NCBI GenBank assembly: GCA_963764715.1
Contig: CAVXTP010000007.1
Span: 11,298 to 75,297, forward strand
Origin: an uncultured Acidobacteriota bacterium
GTDB lineage: Bacteria > Acidobacteriota > Thermoanaerobaculia > UBA5066 > Gp7-AA6
Length of the DNA: 64,000 bases
Direction: 5' to 3'
In this document: positions 1 through 9,824 of the stretch, in pieces
Layout: every line of letters starts with the position of its first letter
Numbering within the stretch: the stretch's first letter is position 1
The notes under the pieces: model-generated
The model's input: the letters and a program-made list of their open reading frames with translations, nothing else
Databases searched by the model: none
Told to the model about the DNA's origin: nothing
Position numbers and translations under genes: made by a program

Positions 1-522
1 GACGAAGTCGCGCAGCGTCCCGGCCCCCACGAAGGTGCCGAGGTTGATCGCCGTGCCGCGCTTGGCGAGCGTCTCAAAGAACCCGCCGATCGTCCGGAAC
101 TCCGGCGTGTAGCCGTAGCGGGCGTAGACCTCCTTCGCCTCGGCGAGCATCGCGTCGTTGACCGGGGCGATCGAGGCGCCCTCGCCGGTGACCTCGGTCG
201 TGATGCCCTGCGTGATTTTCGAGGCCGCGCGCTTGTCGACGAGGACGTTGTACTCGGACTGGCCGAGCAGGTCGATGAAGCCGGGCGTCACCAGCATGCC
301 CGTGGCGTCGATCGTCCGTTTCGCGGGCCGGCCGGTCAGTACGCCGATCGCCGCGATCTTTCCGCCCCGCACCCCGACGTCCGCCGCGAACCACGGCGCG
401 CCGCTTCCGTCGACGACGTGGCCGCCGGTGATCAGGAGATCGAAGGGCTCGTCGGGGGGCGGAGGCGGCGCGAACGCGAGCAGGCAGAGGGGGAGCGCCA
501 GAAGCCAGAGCGTCTTTTTCAT
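1..522 (-). CDS. N-acyl-D-amino-acid deacylase family amidohydrolase, secreted; 3' part runs off the window
   Basis: Own translation (absent from ORF track): MKKTLWLLALPLCLLAFA...FDLLITGGHVVDGSGAPWFAADVGVRGGKIAAIG...TPGFIDLLGQSE...SKITQGITTEVTGEG. Confidence 0.85.
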   Translation of the reverse strand, partial: MKKTLWLLALPLCLLAFAPPPPPDEPFDLLITGGHVVDGSGAPWFAADVGVRGGKIAAIGVLTGRPAKRTIDATGMLVTPGFIDLLGQSEYNVLVDKRAASKITQGITTEVTGEGASIAPVNDAMLAEAKEVYARYGYTPEFRTIGGFFETLAKRGTAINLGTFVGAGTLRDFV

Positions 523-544
523 GGGACCGTACTCTATGCCCGCT

Positions 545-1867
545 TCAGAGCCGGGCGAGCCCCGCCAGGTACGGCGCCTGCTTCGTCAGCCAGAGGGACA
601 CCTGCACGCAGGCGCCGACGAATCCGCCGCCGGCGATCGCGAGCGCGACGATCGTCCCCGACCGGCGCCCGGCGGCCCAGGCGACGGCGAAGACCGCGGC
701 CGGGGCGAGGACGACGTAGAGCGGCAGCGAGAAGCGGTTCTCGACGGCGACCGGCAGGTACACGGCGAAGATCGCGAGCCCGACAAGCGTCGCGCCGGCG
801 GAATAGATCCTGGAAGGCGTCCGGCGCCCCTCGAAGAGCAGGACCACGAGGCCGAGCGCCGCCAGGTAGAAGAAGGCGTAGTTCGCGAGGGACAGCGGCC
901 ACCGGTAGGACGGCCGGGGATCACGGATGTACGTGAAGGGGAGGTCCTGGTCGATCATCGCGAAGCCGTGGGCCGCGAGGGTCCGGAGATATCCCAGGGG
1001 CCGCGTTCGCAGAAACTCGCGGGGCGTTTCGACGCCCTCGGGCCGCAGCGGATTCGCGTAGACGAGCGTGGCCTCCTGTCCGGGAACGACGAGCGTTCCG
1101 TACTTCAGGATTCCCGTGCCCCAGCGGACCTGCTCCCGGTAGAGATGGCTGGCGGGAAGCGGCGACCATTCGCCGTACGCTTTCACGTTGCCGTGGAGCT
1201 GCGGCACAAACGTCACGGCGGCCGCGAGCGCGCCGAGCGCGAGATGACGCCGCACAGGCTCCTGGTACTGCCGCCCGCGGATCAGCCAAAGGACCGCGAG
1301 CGCCGGCAGGAGCGCGAGGTTCGCCGTCCGCACCGCGACCGCGAGACCGGCGGCGAAAAACGCCAGCAGGGCGCGGCGGGACGGCTGGCCGGGCTCGATC
1401 GAGACGAAGAGCGAGAAACCGACGAGAGAGGCCGACAGGGAGTCCGAGAGAAGCTCCGTCGCGCGGATCAGGACGATCGGGTCGAGCGCCATCACCGCGA
1501 AGGTCGCCTCGAACACGCGGCGCGGGCGGAAGATGCGCGCGGCGACGCGGGCCGCGTAGAGCGACGTCGCAAGGTGCAGCAGGACCTGCGCCGCGGCGGC
1601 GAGCGCGCGGGTCGTCTCCGGAGAGGGCGCCGTGAATCCCGTGACGGCGGCCGCGAAGAGCGGATAGCCGTAGCCGCGCACACGCGAGAAGAGATTGCCG
1701 AGGCCCTCGGTCGAAACGATCTGAGACAGGACGTAGTAGTGGTACGAGTCGTAGATCACCCCGCGGAACCCGGCCCGGAAGAACAGCCACGCCAGGCCCG
1801 CGGCGGCCGCGCAGACGGCGGCCACGAAAGCGGCGCGGCGGCCGTCCTGTCCCGGATGCTCGTTCAC
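545..1867 (-). CDS. Polytopic membrane protein, GT-C (PMT/ArnT-like) glycosyltransferase-like
   Basis: Many hydrophobic segments; YDSYHY loop after first TM, RGYGYPLF, LLSDSL, ENRF near C-terminus. Confidence 0.6.
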   Translation of the reverse strand: MNEHPGQDGRRAAFVAAVCAAAAGLAWLFFRAGFRGVIYDSYHYYVLSQIVSTEGLGNLFSRVRGYGYPLFAAAVTGFTAPSPETTRALAAAAQVLLHLATSLYAARVAARIFRPRRVFEATFAVMALDPIVLIRATELLSDSLSASLVGFSLFVSIEPGQPSRRALLAFFAAGLAVAVRTANLALLPALAVLWLIRGRQYQEPVRRHLALGALAAAVTFVPQLHGNVKAYGEWSPLPASHLYREQVRWGTGILKYGTLVVPGQEATLVYANPLRPEGVETPREFLRTRPLGYLRTLAAHGFAMIDQDLPFTYIRDPRPSYRWPLSLANYAFFYLAALGLVVLLFEGRRTPSRIYSAGATLVGLAIFAVYLPVAVENRFSLPLYVVLAPAAVFAVAWAAGRRSGTIVALAIAGGGFVGACVQVSLWLTKQAPYLAGLARL

Positions 1868-1903
1868 GCTGCGTTCACGTCCCGGCGCCTAGGGTACGCT
1901 CGG

Positions 1904-2257
1904 ATGACGCGCTTTTCCGGACTCTCCCTGGCTTTCGCGCTGGCGGCCCTGCCCGTCTCGCCGACGCCGAAGCCGACTCCGGTCCCCCGGACGAAGAGCC
2001 ACGCGCACGCGGTCGACGGCCGCGTCGTGTCGGTCGTCCCGTCCCGGTCGTTCGTGGTCAAGACGCCGGCCGGCGAGGAGTCGACGCTCGTCCTGACCGG
2101 GGCGACCCACCTGTCCGGCGGGCCGCTGAAGCCCGGCGGGCGCGTGGCGGTCCGATACATCGTGCGGGAAGGCAAGAAGGTCGCGACGTCGATCCGCGTC
2201 GAGGCTCCGCAGGGAGCCTCCCCCACGGCGACCGCCACGAGCCTCGGCTCCCAATAG
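1904..2257 (+). CDS. Small secreted protein, OB-fold/DUF5666-like
   Basis: Signal peptide MTRFSGLSLAFALAA, Pro/Thr linker, then GRVVSV...LKPGGRVAVRY...ATSIRV; tail of ORF 158..2257. Confidence 0.6.
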   Translation: MTRFSGLSLAFALAALPVSPTPKPTPVPRTKSHAHAVDGRVVSVVPSRSFVVKTPAGEESTLVLTGATHLSGGPLKPGGRVAVRYIVREGKKVATSIRVEAPQGASPTATATSLGSQ

Positions 2258-2300
2258 ATCCGCGCTTGCCGGCCCGGGCGGCCCGGCTGACAATGCGGGG

Positions 2301-3977
2301 GTGACCGGGAGCGCGCCGCAACGACCGCACCTCTCCCGCGAGGTGCTCGCCGCGGCGGCGCTCCTCGCGCTCGGAGTTGGAATCCGGGCGGTCTTCGCGG
2401 TCCGGTACCCGGCGACGGCGTTCTCGGACTTCCGCGCGCTCATCGAGTTCGGCCGCGTCATCGCGGGCCAGGGCCTCGCGCCCGACACCTGGCACTGGAT
2501 CCAGTTCAACCCGGGGCTCCCGATGATCCTGGCGCTGCTTTCGGGATTCTCGGCCTCGTCCGAGCCGGCCGCGCGCATGGCGACCGCCGTCGCCACGGGA
2601 CTCGTGCCGCTTCTTCCGTTCTTCCTCTGGCGCACGGTGCTGGCGCCGCGCTGGAGGGTCCTCGCCGGGGCGCTGCTGGCGCTCTGGCCCGGCCAGGTCT
2701 TCTTTTCCGGCGTCGTCGCCCAGGAGAACTGGGCGCTCCTTCCGACCGTCGCGCTGGGAGCGCTCGCGGTGCGCGCGCTGCGCAAGGAGGATGGAGCGTA
2801 CCCGGTCGCGGCGGGGCTTCTTCTCGCCGCCGCCGCCGCGATCCGCCAGGAGCTTCTCGTCGTGCTCGCCCCGGCGGCGCTCGCCGCGGCGGGACTCTTC
2901 CGGCCCGACGGAGCGCGCGTGCGGCGAATGCTCCGGCTCGCGATTGCCGCGCTCCTGCCCCTTCTCGCCCTCGCGTTCCAGCGCCGCGCGGCGACCGGGC
3001 GTTTCGCGATCACGACCGAGCACGGTGGACTCGCGCTCCTCGGGAGCGTCGTGCCGGGCGCCGCCGGGCCCGGCTGGATCGACCCCAAGGCCTACATCGC
3101 AAGCGTCGATCCTTCCCTTCTGGAGGACCGGGACGCGGCGCGGAGCGCGGCATCCGGTCTCGCGTTCGCCGAGTGGAAGCGTCGGCCGGCTTTCCACGCG
3201 CTCCGGAGCGTCGCCGCGGCCGGACGGCTCGCGGTCGAGGGCGACGCCGACGATCTCTACTGGGGCGTCGGGGCCCCCGAGGCCCTTCCGCTCGCGGCCC
3301 GCGCGCGCGGAGCCGACTTCTTCGCCCGGTGGTTTCCGCGGCTTCGCTGGGAGCTCGCGCTGATCCAGGGCCTCTTTCTCGCGGCCGTCGTCCGGGGCGT
3401 CCGCCGGCGCGACGGCGCGGTCCTCGTCCTCGCCGCCTGCGTGCTGCTCAAGTTCGCGCTCCAGTCCGTCGCCTCGCCGCTCGGTCGCCTCATGGTGCCG
3501 GCGACGGCCCTGGAGCTTCTCGTCATCGCTCTCGGCGCGGCCTCGCTCGCGTCGGCGGCGCCGCGGGCCTGGCTCGCGTCTCTCTCGCTCGCGCTCGGCG
3601 CGGCGGTGGTGCTCCTGCTCGCGGAGCCGGGGCTCAACGACCTCGTCGTCCGCCGCGACGAAGCGCCGCGGCCGGTGGCGCGCTTCCCGCTCGAGATCGC
3701 GGGCATGGAGAGGGTCTTCGCCCGGTGCACCGTCGAAGCCGGCGAGGTCACCTCGCTCGAGTGGCGGCGGGCCTGGATGCGTCCCTCCCCCGGCGGGCCG
3801 CCGGCGCGGGCGCGGTGCGAGCTGCCGTCGGTGCCGACCGGTTCGAGCCTTCGTCTGCGGCTCGACAAGCCCGGTGGCACCGGAAGAGATGTCGTTCTCT
3901 CCGAGGGCCAGACCTCCCGGACGGTCGAGCTTCCGGCGCCCGGCGGGTTCTCGTTCGGGCTCGAGGCCGGCCGCTGA
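2301..3977 (+). CDS. Polytopic membrane protein, GT-C-like, with C-terminal extracytoplasmic domain
   Basis: GTG start; many TM segments; FSDF and NPGLP loop motifs; converges on next gene. Confidence 0.6.
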   Translation: MTGSAPQRPHLSREVLAAAALLALGVGIRAVFAVRYPATAFSDFRALIEFGRVIAGQGLAPDTWHWIQFNPGLPMILALLSGFSASSEPAARMATAVATGLVPLLPFFLWRTVLAPRWRVLAGALLALWPGQVFFSGVVAQENWALLPTVALGALAVRALRKEDGAYPVAAGLLLAAAAAIRQELLVVLAPAALAAAGLFRPDGARVRRMLRLAIAALLPLLALAFQRRAATGRFAITTEHGGLALLGSVVPGAAGPGWIDPKAYIASVDPSLLEDRDAARSAASGLAFAEWKRRPAFHALRSVAAAGRLAVEGDADDLYWGVGAPEALPLAARARGADFFARWFPRLRWELALIQGLFLAAVVRGVRRRDGAVLVLAACVLLKFALQSVASPLGRLMVPATALELLVIALGAASLASAAPRAWLASLSLALGAAVVLLLAEPGLNDLVVRRDEAPRPVARFPLEIAGMERVFARCTVEAGEVTSLEWRRAWMRPSPGGPPARARCELPSVPTGSSLRLRLDKPGGTGRDVVLSEGQTSRTVELPAPGGFSFGLEAGR

Positions 3978-3980
3978 GCG

Positions 3981-6035
3981 CTAGCTGCGTCGGATTCTTC
4001 GCCGGGCCGTGTCGACGAGGAGCAGCCAGACCACCCACGCCGCCGCGGTGATCAGGGCCATCAGCCGCAGGTGGGGGAGGCGGAACACCGCGTCGAGCTC
4101 GTAGCTGCCGGCCGGGAGCTTCCAGCCCCGCAGGGAGTCGTTGACCCGGACGGCCTCGAGGCCAACGTTCCCGGCCCGCGCGGTCCATCCCGGGAAATAA
4201 ATCTCGTTCTCGACCAGGAGGAGCGGGCGGTCCGTCGACACCCGATAGCTCAGGCGGTCCAGGCCGTATCGCGTCTGGCGGACGCGCGGATCCGGAGCCG
4301 CGGCGGCCGCCCGCGCCTGCAGGCCGGGAACGAAGACCTTTTCGTCCCGGGAGTCCGGAGGCGGCTCGACCAGGATCGGCAGCCATTCGCGCCGCATGTA
4401 GCCCAGCAACCGGTCGCTTCGGGTGACCACCGTCCGTGCGCGGAGGACCGTGCCGCCGAAATCCTCGAGGAGGTAGGACCCGGTCAGGTACCCGCTCGCG
4501 AGGTACGTCCCGTCTCCGTCGGTCCTCGCGGGCCGCGACGCCGGGGGCGTCGCGAAGACGGCCGGGTCGACCACGATGCCCGCGTCGTGCATCCGGGCGG
4601 GCGTCGGTGAAAAGACGCGGCAGACCGCGATGAAATCCGGCACCTTCCAGCCTTCGACGCGCGGCAGGACCAGTCCACCGCCGAGCGCGATCGAGGCGAG
4701 CAGCGCGAGGAAAGCGCGCGCCGGGTTCGCCCGGGGCTCGCGCCAGAAAAGGATGGCCGCGAGCGTCGCGAGGAAGACCGCGGCCGCCAGGGCCGGGCGC
4801 GGCCAGAAGGGCCCACCCGCGTAAACCCGGTCGATGCTCCAGCCCGCGAAGAGAGCGATCGGAATCAGCCGCCACGTCAACGTCCGTCCGCCGCCGCGGC
4901 GGCGCCGGACGTCCCGCCAGCCGGCCGCCGCGAGAATGAGGAGGACGATCGCGACGCCGCCGCGGTAGTCGCTCGGAGGAAACCGCGAATACCCGAGCGG
5001 CGGAACGAGGCTCCGAAGAAACCGGTGGACGGGAAGCGAATCGCCGGCGGCCATGGCCGCGGAAAGGAGACCGAGCGCCGCCCACGGCCAGAAGCGACGA
5101 AGGCTCGGCCACGACAGCAGACTTACGCCCGCGAGGACCGCGAGGCCCACGAAAGTCGAGATCATGCTCACGTCGCCAGGCATTCCGGCCGGCTCGAGCA
5201 CGAGACCGGGCAGGTGGGCGGACGACAGCCACGCCCGGCGCATCCACGTCGCGTCGGCGTAGCGGATGAGCTCCCCTCGAAACATCCAGGCCGGACCGAG
5301 ATGGATCGCGGCCATCAGCAGCCCGAGCCCGACCGATCCGCCGAGCGCGGCCGCCCATCGAACCGCGGTTCGATCGAACCGCCGCCGGACGAGGAGGAGC
5401 GCGGCGAAGACAGCGAGCAGAAACATGGCCGCGAGCAGATTGCCGGGATAGCCGCCGACGGTGAGGAGGAAGATGACGACGGGCGCCACGAGGAGCCGCC
5501 ACGGCAGGCGCTTTTCGTCGGAAGCGGGCGGGACGGCGGCCCAGAAGATCCACGGCAGCATCGCGAACGAGCGCACGATGTCGACGTGCTCGGCGTTCGA
5601 GTAGAAGCCGCCGAAGAGCTGGAACGCGAACGCTCCGAGGAGGGCCTCGCGGCGCGAGCGGATGGTCGCCCGCAGGAGCGCGTACATTCCGAAAGCGCCC
5701 GCCAGAACGTGCAGGCACTGGAAGACGACGGCCGCGTGGAGCGTGTAGGGAATCCGGAAGAGCGGGAAGACCCACATCGGCGGGTACCAGAGCCCCGTCT
5801 GCAGGTTGATGAGGAAGGGATAACCCATCGACTGGAAGGGCATCCACATCGACAGGCCGCCGTGCGAGACCGCCTCGGTCCAGTAGGCGGTGGCGGCGTA
5901 GTACGCCCCGACGAAGTCCCAGGGGAACCCGTAGCCCATGAAGTAGTGCCGGTGGAAGACGGCGAGGTTCTCGGCGGCGAGAAGGAGAAACGGGGCGAAG
6001 CGGAAGAGCCGGCGAAGCCCGGCGGTCCGGCGCAC
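3981..6035 (-). CDS. YfhO-like GT-C membrane glycosyltransferase
   Basis: WDF...WMPFQSMGYPF...WYPP N-terminal motif; C-terminal NEIYFPGWTA...VNDSLRG typical of YfhO family. Confidence 0.75.
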   Translation of the reverse strand: MRRTAGLRRLFRFAPFLLLAAENLAVFHRHYFMGYGFPWDFVGAYYAATAYWTEAVSHGGLSMWMPFQSMGYPFLINLQTGLWYPPMWVFPLFRIPYTLHAAVVFQCLHVLAGAFGMYALLRATIRSRREALLGAFAFQLFGGFYSNAEHVDIVRSFAMLPWIFWAAVPPASDEKRLPWRLLVAPVVIFLLTVGGYPGNLLAAMFLLAVFAALLLVRRRFDRTAVRWAAALGGSVGLGLLMAAIHLGPAWMFRGELIRYADATWMRRAWLSSAHLPGLVLEPAGMPGDVSMISTFVGLAVLAGVSLLSWPSLRRFWPWAALGLLSAAMAAGDSLPVHRFLRSLVPPLGYSRFPPSDYRGGVAIVLLILAAAGWRDVRRRRGGGRTLTWRLIPIALFAGWSIDRVYAGGPFWPRPALAAAVFLATLAAILFWREPRANPARAFLALLASIALGGGLVLPRVEGWKVPDFIAVCRVFSPTPARMHDAGIVVDPAVFATPPASRPARTDGDGTYLASGYLTGSYLLEDFGGTVLRARTVVTRSDRLLGYMRREWLPILVEPPPDSRDEKVFVPGLQARAAAAAPDPRVRQTRYGLDRLSYRVSTDRPLLLVENEIYFPGWTARAGNVGLEAVRVNDSLRGWKLPAGSYELDAVFRLPHLRLMALITAAAWVVWLLLVDTARRRIRRS

Positions 6036-6042
6036 GGGGCCG

Positions 6043-9000
6043 CTACCGGGCCCGGGCAGGCGCTGCGGCCGCCGCCTCGAGAGCCGAGAGCGCCGCCGTC
6101 ACGCGCGCGTCCCAGGAGTTCTCCCGGCCGAGCGCGCGCAGCCGGTCCCGGAACCGCGGATCGCGTCCGCGCTCGCGCGCTCGATCGAGCTCCCCGGCGA
6201 AGGCCGCCGCGTCGCGGGCGATCGCGACCTCGGGATACGCCGCGCACTCCGGCATGGGCGTCGTCACGACGGGCTTGCCGCCGGCGAAGTACTCGTAGAG
6301 CTTCAGCGGCGAGGTCGCCGTCGTGATCGGGTTGATCTGGAACGGGATCGTCGCGACGTCGAAGACCGAGAGGTACCCCGGCAGCAGGTGGTAGTCGCGC
6401 GGTCCGATCCAGCGCACGTTCTCGCGCTTCAGCATGGGCTTGCCCTGGAGGCTCTGGTCGTACATCGGGCCGATGAGGAGAAAGCTCCAGTCGGGCCGGC
6501 GGCGCGCGGCCTCGTCGACGAGCGCGTAGTCGAACCACTCGGCGAGGGCTCCGTAGTAGCCGGCGATCGGGCGGCCCGCCGCGAGAATCGGCGCGAGGTC
6601 GCGGTCGGCGGTGGGCGCCGCCGCGGGGGCGGCGAACCGCTCGTACTCGACGCCGTTCGGCAGGTACAGGGCGTCGGGCCGCTTCGCGAGAGCCTCCGCG
6701 TGGAGCCGCCGGGCGACCGCCGCAACGACCGTCGCCCCGGCGAGCGCCTCCGCGTGGTTCTTCTCGAGGAGCGCGCGGTCGTAGGGGAAGACCGAGAGGT
6801 CGTCGATCCAGTCGTAGACGACGCGGGCCCCGCTCGGAAACATCCGGGCCTGTTGAAAGTTGTACGGGAAGGACCAGAGGAGGGGCTCCGGGATCCGTTC
6901 GAGCACTCCCGCGGGGCCGCGGTAGAGCAAGAGGTTCGGCTCGATCTCCTTGAAGCCGTCGACCCTGTCCTGGGCGTTCGAGCAGTCGAAGATCGCCGTC
7001 CAGCCGGCGCGCGCGAAGGCGCGGGCGAGATGGTGCGGGCGCTGGAAGAGATGGATGCCCCAGCCGACCGAGGGCAGGAAGACGACCGTGCCGCGCGATC
7101 CGGGCCGCGCGAGAAAGCCCGGGAGCTCGACCGCGCGGCCGGCAGCGGCTCCCGGCGCGGCGGAGGCGGCCGGCCCGGCCCCCCACTTCTCCTCGTACTT
7201 GCGGCGATTCTCCTCGTACAGCGCGAAGTACGCCTTCTCGCCGAGCTTCCGGAACGAGGCCTTCTGGAAGTGGTGCACGAACGCGTCGCGCGCGCAGCGG
7301 ATCTCGTAGCCCTGCGCGCGGGCGCGGCGGCAGTAGTCGTCGTCCTCGAACATCCCCGCGCCGAAGCGCTCGTCGAGAGGGCCGACCGCGTCCCAGGTTC
7401 CCCTGCGCAGCGCCGTGCAGAAGAACGCGAGCATCGGGATCGCGAAGGTCTCGCCGTCGTGCTCGCGGGCAAAGCGCGCCGCCCAGTCCGCGAGCCCCTC
7501 GAGGCCGCGATAGCCGACGGGAACCTGCGCCTCGTTGGAGATCGCGTTGGTCGCGGGCCCGACGAGGCCGAGCGTCGGGTTGGCGCGCAGATGCCGCACG
7601 AGCGCCGTCAGCCAGCCGCGGGTGACGACGGTGTCGTTGTTGAGCATGACGAGGATCGAGCCCGAAGCCGCCGCGAATCCCTGGTTGACGGCCGCCGCGA
7701 AGCCCCGGTTCCCGGCGTTGGCGATCACGCGGAGCGCGGGCCAGGCTCGCGCCGTCTCTTGGAGGAGGACGGCCGTCCCGTCGGTCGAGCCGTTGTCGAC
7801 GGCGATCACCTCGAAGTTCGGCCACTCCGTGCGCCCCCGCAGGGCCGCGAGGCAGAGACGGTTGAGGTCGCGGTTGTCGTGCGTCACGACGACGATCGAG
7901 GCCTTGGGGAAGAACTGCGGGACCGCGTGGATCACGTCCTCGGGTGACGCGGCGGGATCGAGGACGAGGTCCGGAGGATCGGGCGAGCCGTCCCGCTCGC
8001 CCGTGGCGTCCACGAAAAGCCAGCCCCGCTCGGCGCGCAGCCGGCGCGCGAGGGCGAGCCGCGAGGGATCTTCCACGAAGAGCGCCGTGGCGCCGTGCGA
8101 CTCGCCGGCCTCGCTTCCCGGCGCGAGACAAACGACGCGGTGCCCGGCCGCCGCGTAGCGATCGAAGATCGCGCGCGAGCGCGGCGGCAAGGCCTCCCGG
8201 GCGCCCCGCCCGAGCCAGACGACGTCGTACCGGCTCTCGTCGGCGATCGGGGGCGCGCTCCTCGCCGCGGCCGCCGCGTCGTCCGTGCCTGCCCAGTCGG
8301 CCGGCGGCCGCCGCAGAAGCCTCCGCGCCGCGCCGCCCAGGGTTCGGCGGACCCTCCAGTAGAGGTTCGCGGCCCGCCAGAGGTTGGAGGTCTGGATCTT
8401 CGCGAGCTCCTGCCGCGTCTCGCCCAGGCGCTCCTCGAGAAGCGCGCGCTGCCGGGCATGCGCCTTCTCGAGGGCCTCGAGGCGGCCCTCGGACTCGGCC
8501 AGGCGGGCCCGGATGGCCCGCGCCTCTTCGATGTTGGCCAGGAGCGCGTCGTCGAGGAGGCCGATCACCCGGTCGGTCAGGGGCGGCGCCGGCGGCGGCT
8601 GTGCGACGAGGCGTCCGGCGCGGTCGAGGTCCTCCTCGGCGAGAGTCTGCAGCCGCTCGGCCGCCTGCCGGAGCCGCGCCGAAAGTGAGGGACCGTCGCG
8701 CCGCGCGTCCTCGAGCTTCGCGAGGATGGCGTCGGCGCTCGCTTCCGGAAGCGAGAGACCCATTTCCGGAACGCCGAGGCGCGCGAGGAGGGCCGTCACT
8801 TTCGGGTCGTAGGCGAGGCCCACGCACGGCACGCCGCCGCGCGCGGCGAAGACGAGGGCGTGGAGCCGCATCCCGAGGACGAGATCGCACGCGCCGAGGA
8901 GACCCGCGGTCTCCTCGGGAGCGAGAGGCCGGTTCAGGACGGCCGCGCGGTCGCGGCGCGCGAGGCCGGCGGCGAGGCGGGTCGCCTGCGCGAAGTCGTC

Positions 9001-9756
9001 CTGGTCCGTCCACGGGCTCTTCTCGAGCGGCACGAAGAGGAGCGTCGCTTCGTTGCGCCCGAGAAACCGGTCGAGCGCCTCGGCGACACGCGCCTCCCAC
9101 GCCGCCTGGTCGACGCCGATCGACCACGGCCGCAGAGCCACGCCGACGATCGGGCCGCGCGGCTCGACGCCGAGCTCCCGGCAGATCGCGGCGGGGGCGG
9201 GCGCTCCCGCGGGGATCTCCAGCGCGAAGGCGGGATCCGCCGAAACGAGGATGCGCGCGGCGGGAACGCCGACCTCCACGAGCAGGGCCCGGGACGCCTC
9301 GTCCCGGACCGAGAGATGCACGGCGGTGTCGGCGGCCGCGCGGACGTAGCGCCTCGCGTCCTCCGATGCAAGCGGCCCGAAGCCGAGGCCGTAGAGGAGG
9401 GCCGGCTTCTTCGCGAGGGCCGCGAGCACCGCCGGCGCGGTGTAGAAGGCGATCTCCCCGTGCCGGGGCGTCAGCAAGGTCGAGGTGTCGAGGCCCCAGT
9501 AGTCCTGGAAAAGGCCGCCGCCGCCGACGATGACGGCGTCGCTTCCGGCGATCCGCTGCTGGAGGGCGGCGACGTCGCGCCAGGCGATCGACTCGACGCC
9601 GTGGCGGCGCGCGGTCGCGTCCGGGTCTCCCGAGACGACGGCGAAGGCGATGCCGGGGACCCTCCGCCGCAGGCCGGCGAGGATCGAGGAGAGGATCGCC
9701 TCGTCGCCCGTGTTCCCGAAGCCGTAGTAGCCGGCGAGAACGGCCGTGCGACTCAT
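6043..9756 (-). CDS. Fusion: CsaB-type polysaccharide pyruvyltransferase + coiled coil + GT2 + GT4-like glycosyltransferase
   Basis: GYYGFGNTGDEAIL, GGGGLFQD, GMRLHA, YDPKV (CsaB); SIVVVT, VDNGSTD, LNND, FEDDD (GT2); FQRPHHLA, YDWIDD, NGV, PLKLYEY (GT4-like). Start set at MSRTAV. Confidence 0.85.
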   Translation of the reverse strand: MSRTAVLAGYYGFGNTGDEAILSSILAGLRRRVPGIAFAVVSGDPDATARRHGVESIAWRDVAALQQRIAGSDAVIVGGGGLFQDYWGLDTSTLLTPRHGEIAFYTAPAVLAALAKKPALLYGLGFGPLASEDARRYVRAAADTAVHLSVRDEASRALLVEVGVPAARILVSADPAFALEIPAGAPAPAAICRELGVEPRGPIVGVALRPWSIGVDQAAWEARVAEALDRFLGRNEATLLFVPLEKSPWTDQDDFAQATRLAAGLARRDRAAVLNRPLAPEETAGLLGACDLVLGMRLHALVFAARGGVPCVGLAYDPKVTALLARLGVPEMGLSLPEASADAILAKLEDARRDGPSLSARLRQAAERLQTLAEEDLDRAGRLVAQPPPAPPLTDRVIGLLDDALLANIEEARAIRARLAESEGRLEALEKAHARQRALLEERLGETRQELAKIQTSNLWRAANLYWRVRRTLGGAARRLLRRPPADWAGTDDAAAAARSAPPIADESRYDVVWLGRGAREALPPRSRAIFDRYAAAGHRVVCLAPGSEAGESHGATALFVEDPSRLALARRLRAERGWLFVDATGERDGSPDPPDLVLDPAASPEDVIHAVPQFFPKASIVVVTHDNRDLNRLCLAALRGRTEWPNFEVIAVDNGSTDGTAVLLQETARAWPALRVIANAGNRGFAAAVNQGFAAASGSILVMLNNDTVVTRGWLTALVRHLRANPTLGLVGPATNAISNEAQVPVGYRGLEGLADWAARFAREHDGETFAIPMLAFFCTALRRGTWDAVGPLDERFGAGMFEDDDYCRRARAQGYEIRCARDAFVHHFQKASFRKLGEKAYFALYEENRRKYEEKWGAGPAASAAPGAAAGRAVELPGFLARPGSRGTVVFLPSVGWGIHLFQRPHHLARAFARAGWTAIFDCSNAQDRVDGFKEIEPNLLLYRGPAGVLERIPEPLLWSFPYNFQQARMFPSGARVVYDWIDDLSVFPYDRALLEKNHAEALAGATVVAAVARRLHAEALAKRPDALYLPNGVEYERFAAPAAAPTADRDLAPILAAGRPIAGYYGALAEWFDYALVDEAARRRPDWSFLLIGPMYDQSLQGKPMLKRENVRWIGPRDYHLLPGYLSVFDVATIPFQINPITTATSPLKLYEYFAGGKPVVTTPMPECAAYPEVAIARDAAAFAGELDRARERGRDPRFRDRLRALGRENSWDARVTAALSALEAAAAAPARAR

Positions 9757-9824
9757 CCGCGCCAGTGTCTCCCAGGTGACAGCCGGCGGCAAGGCGCGGG
9801 CGGATCGCGGTTATGCTCGCGCCG

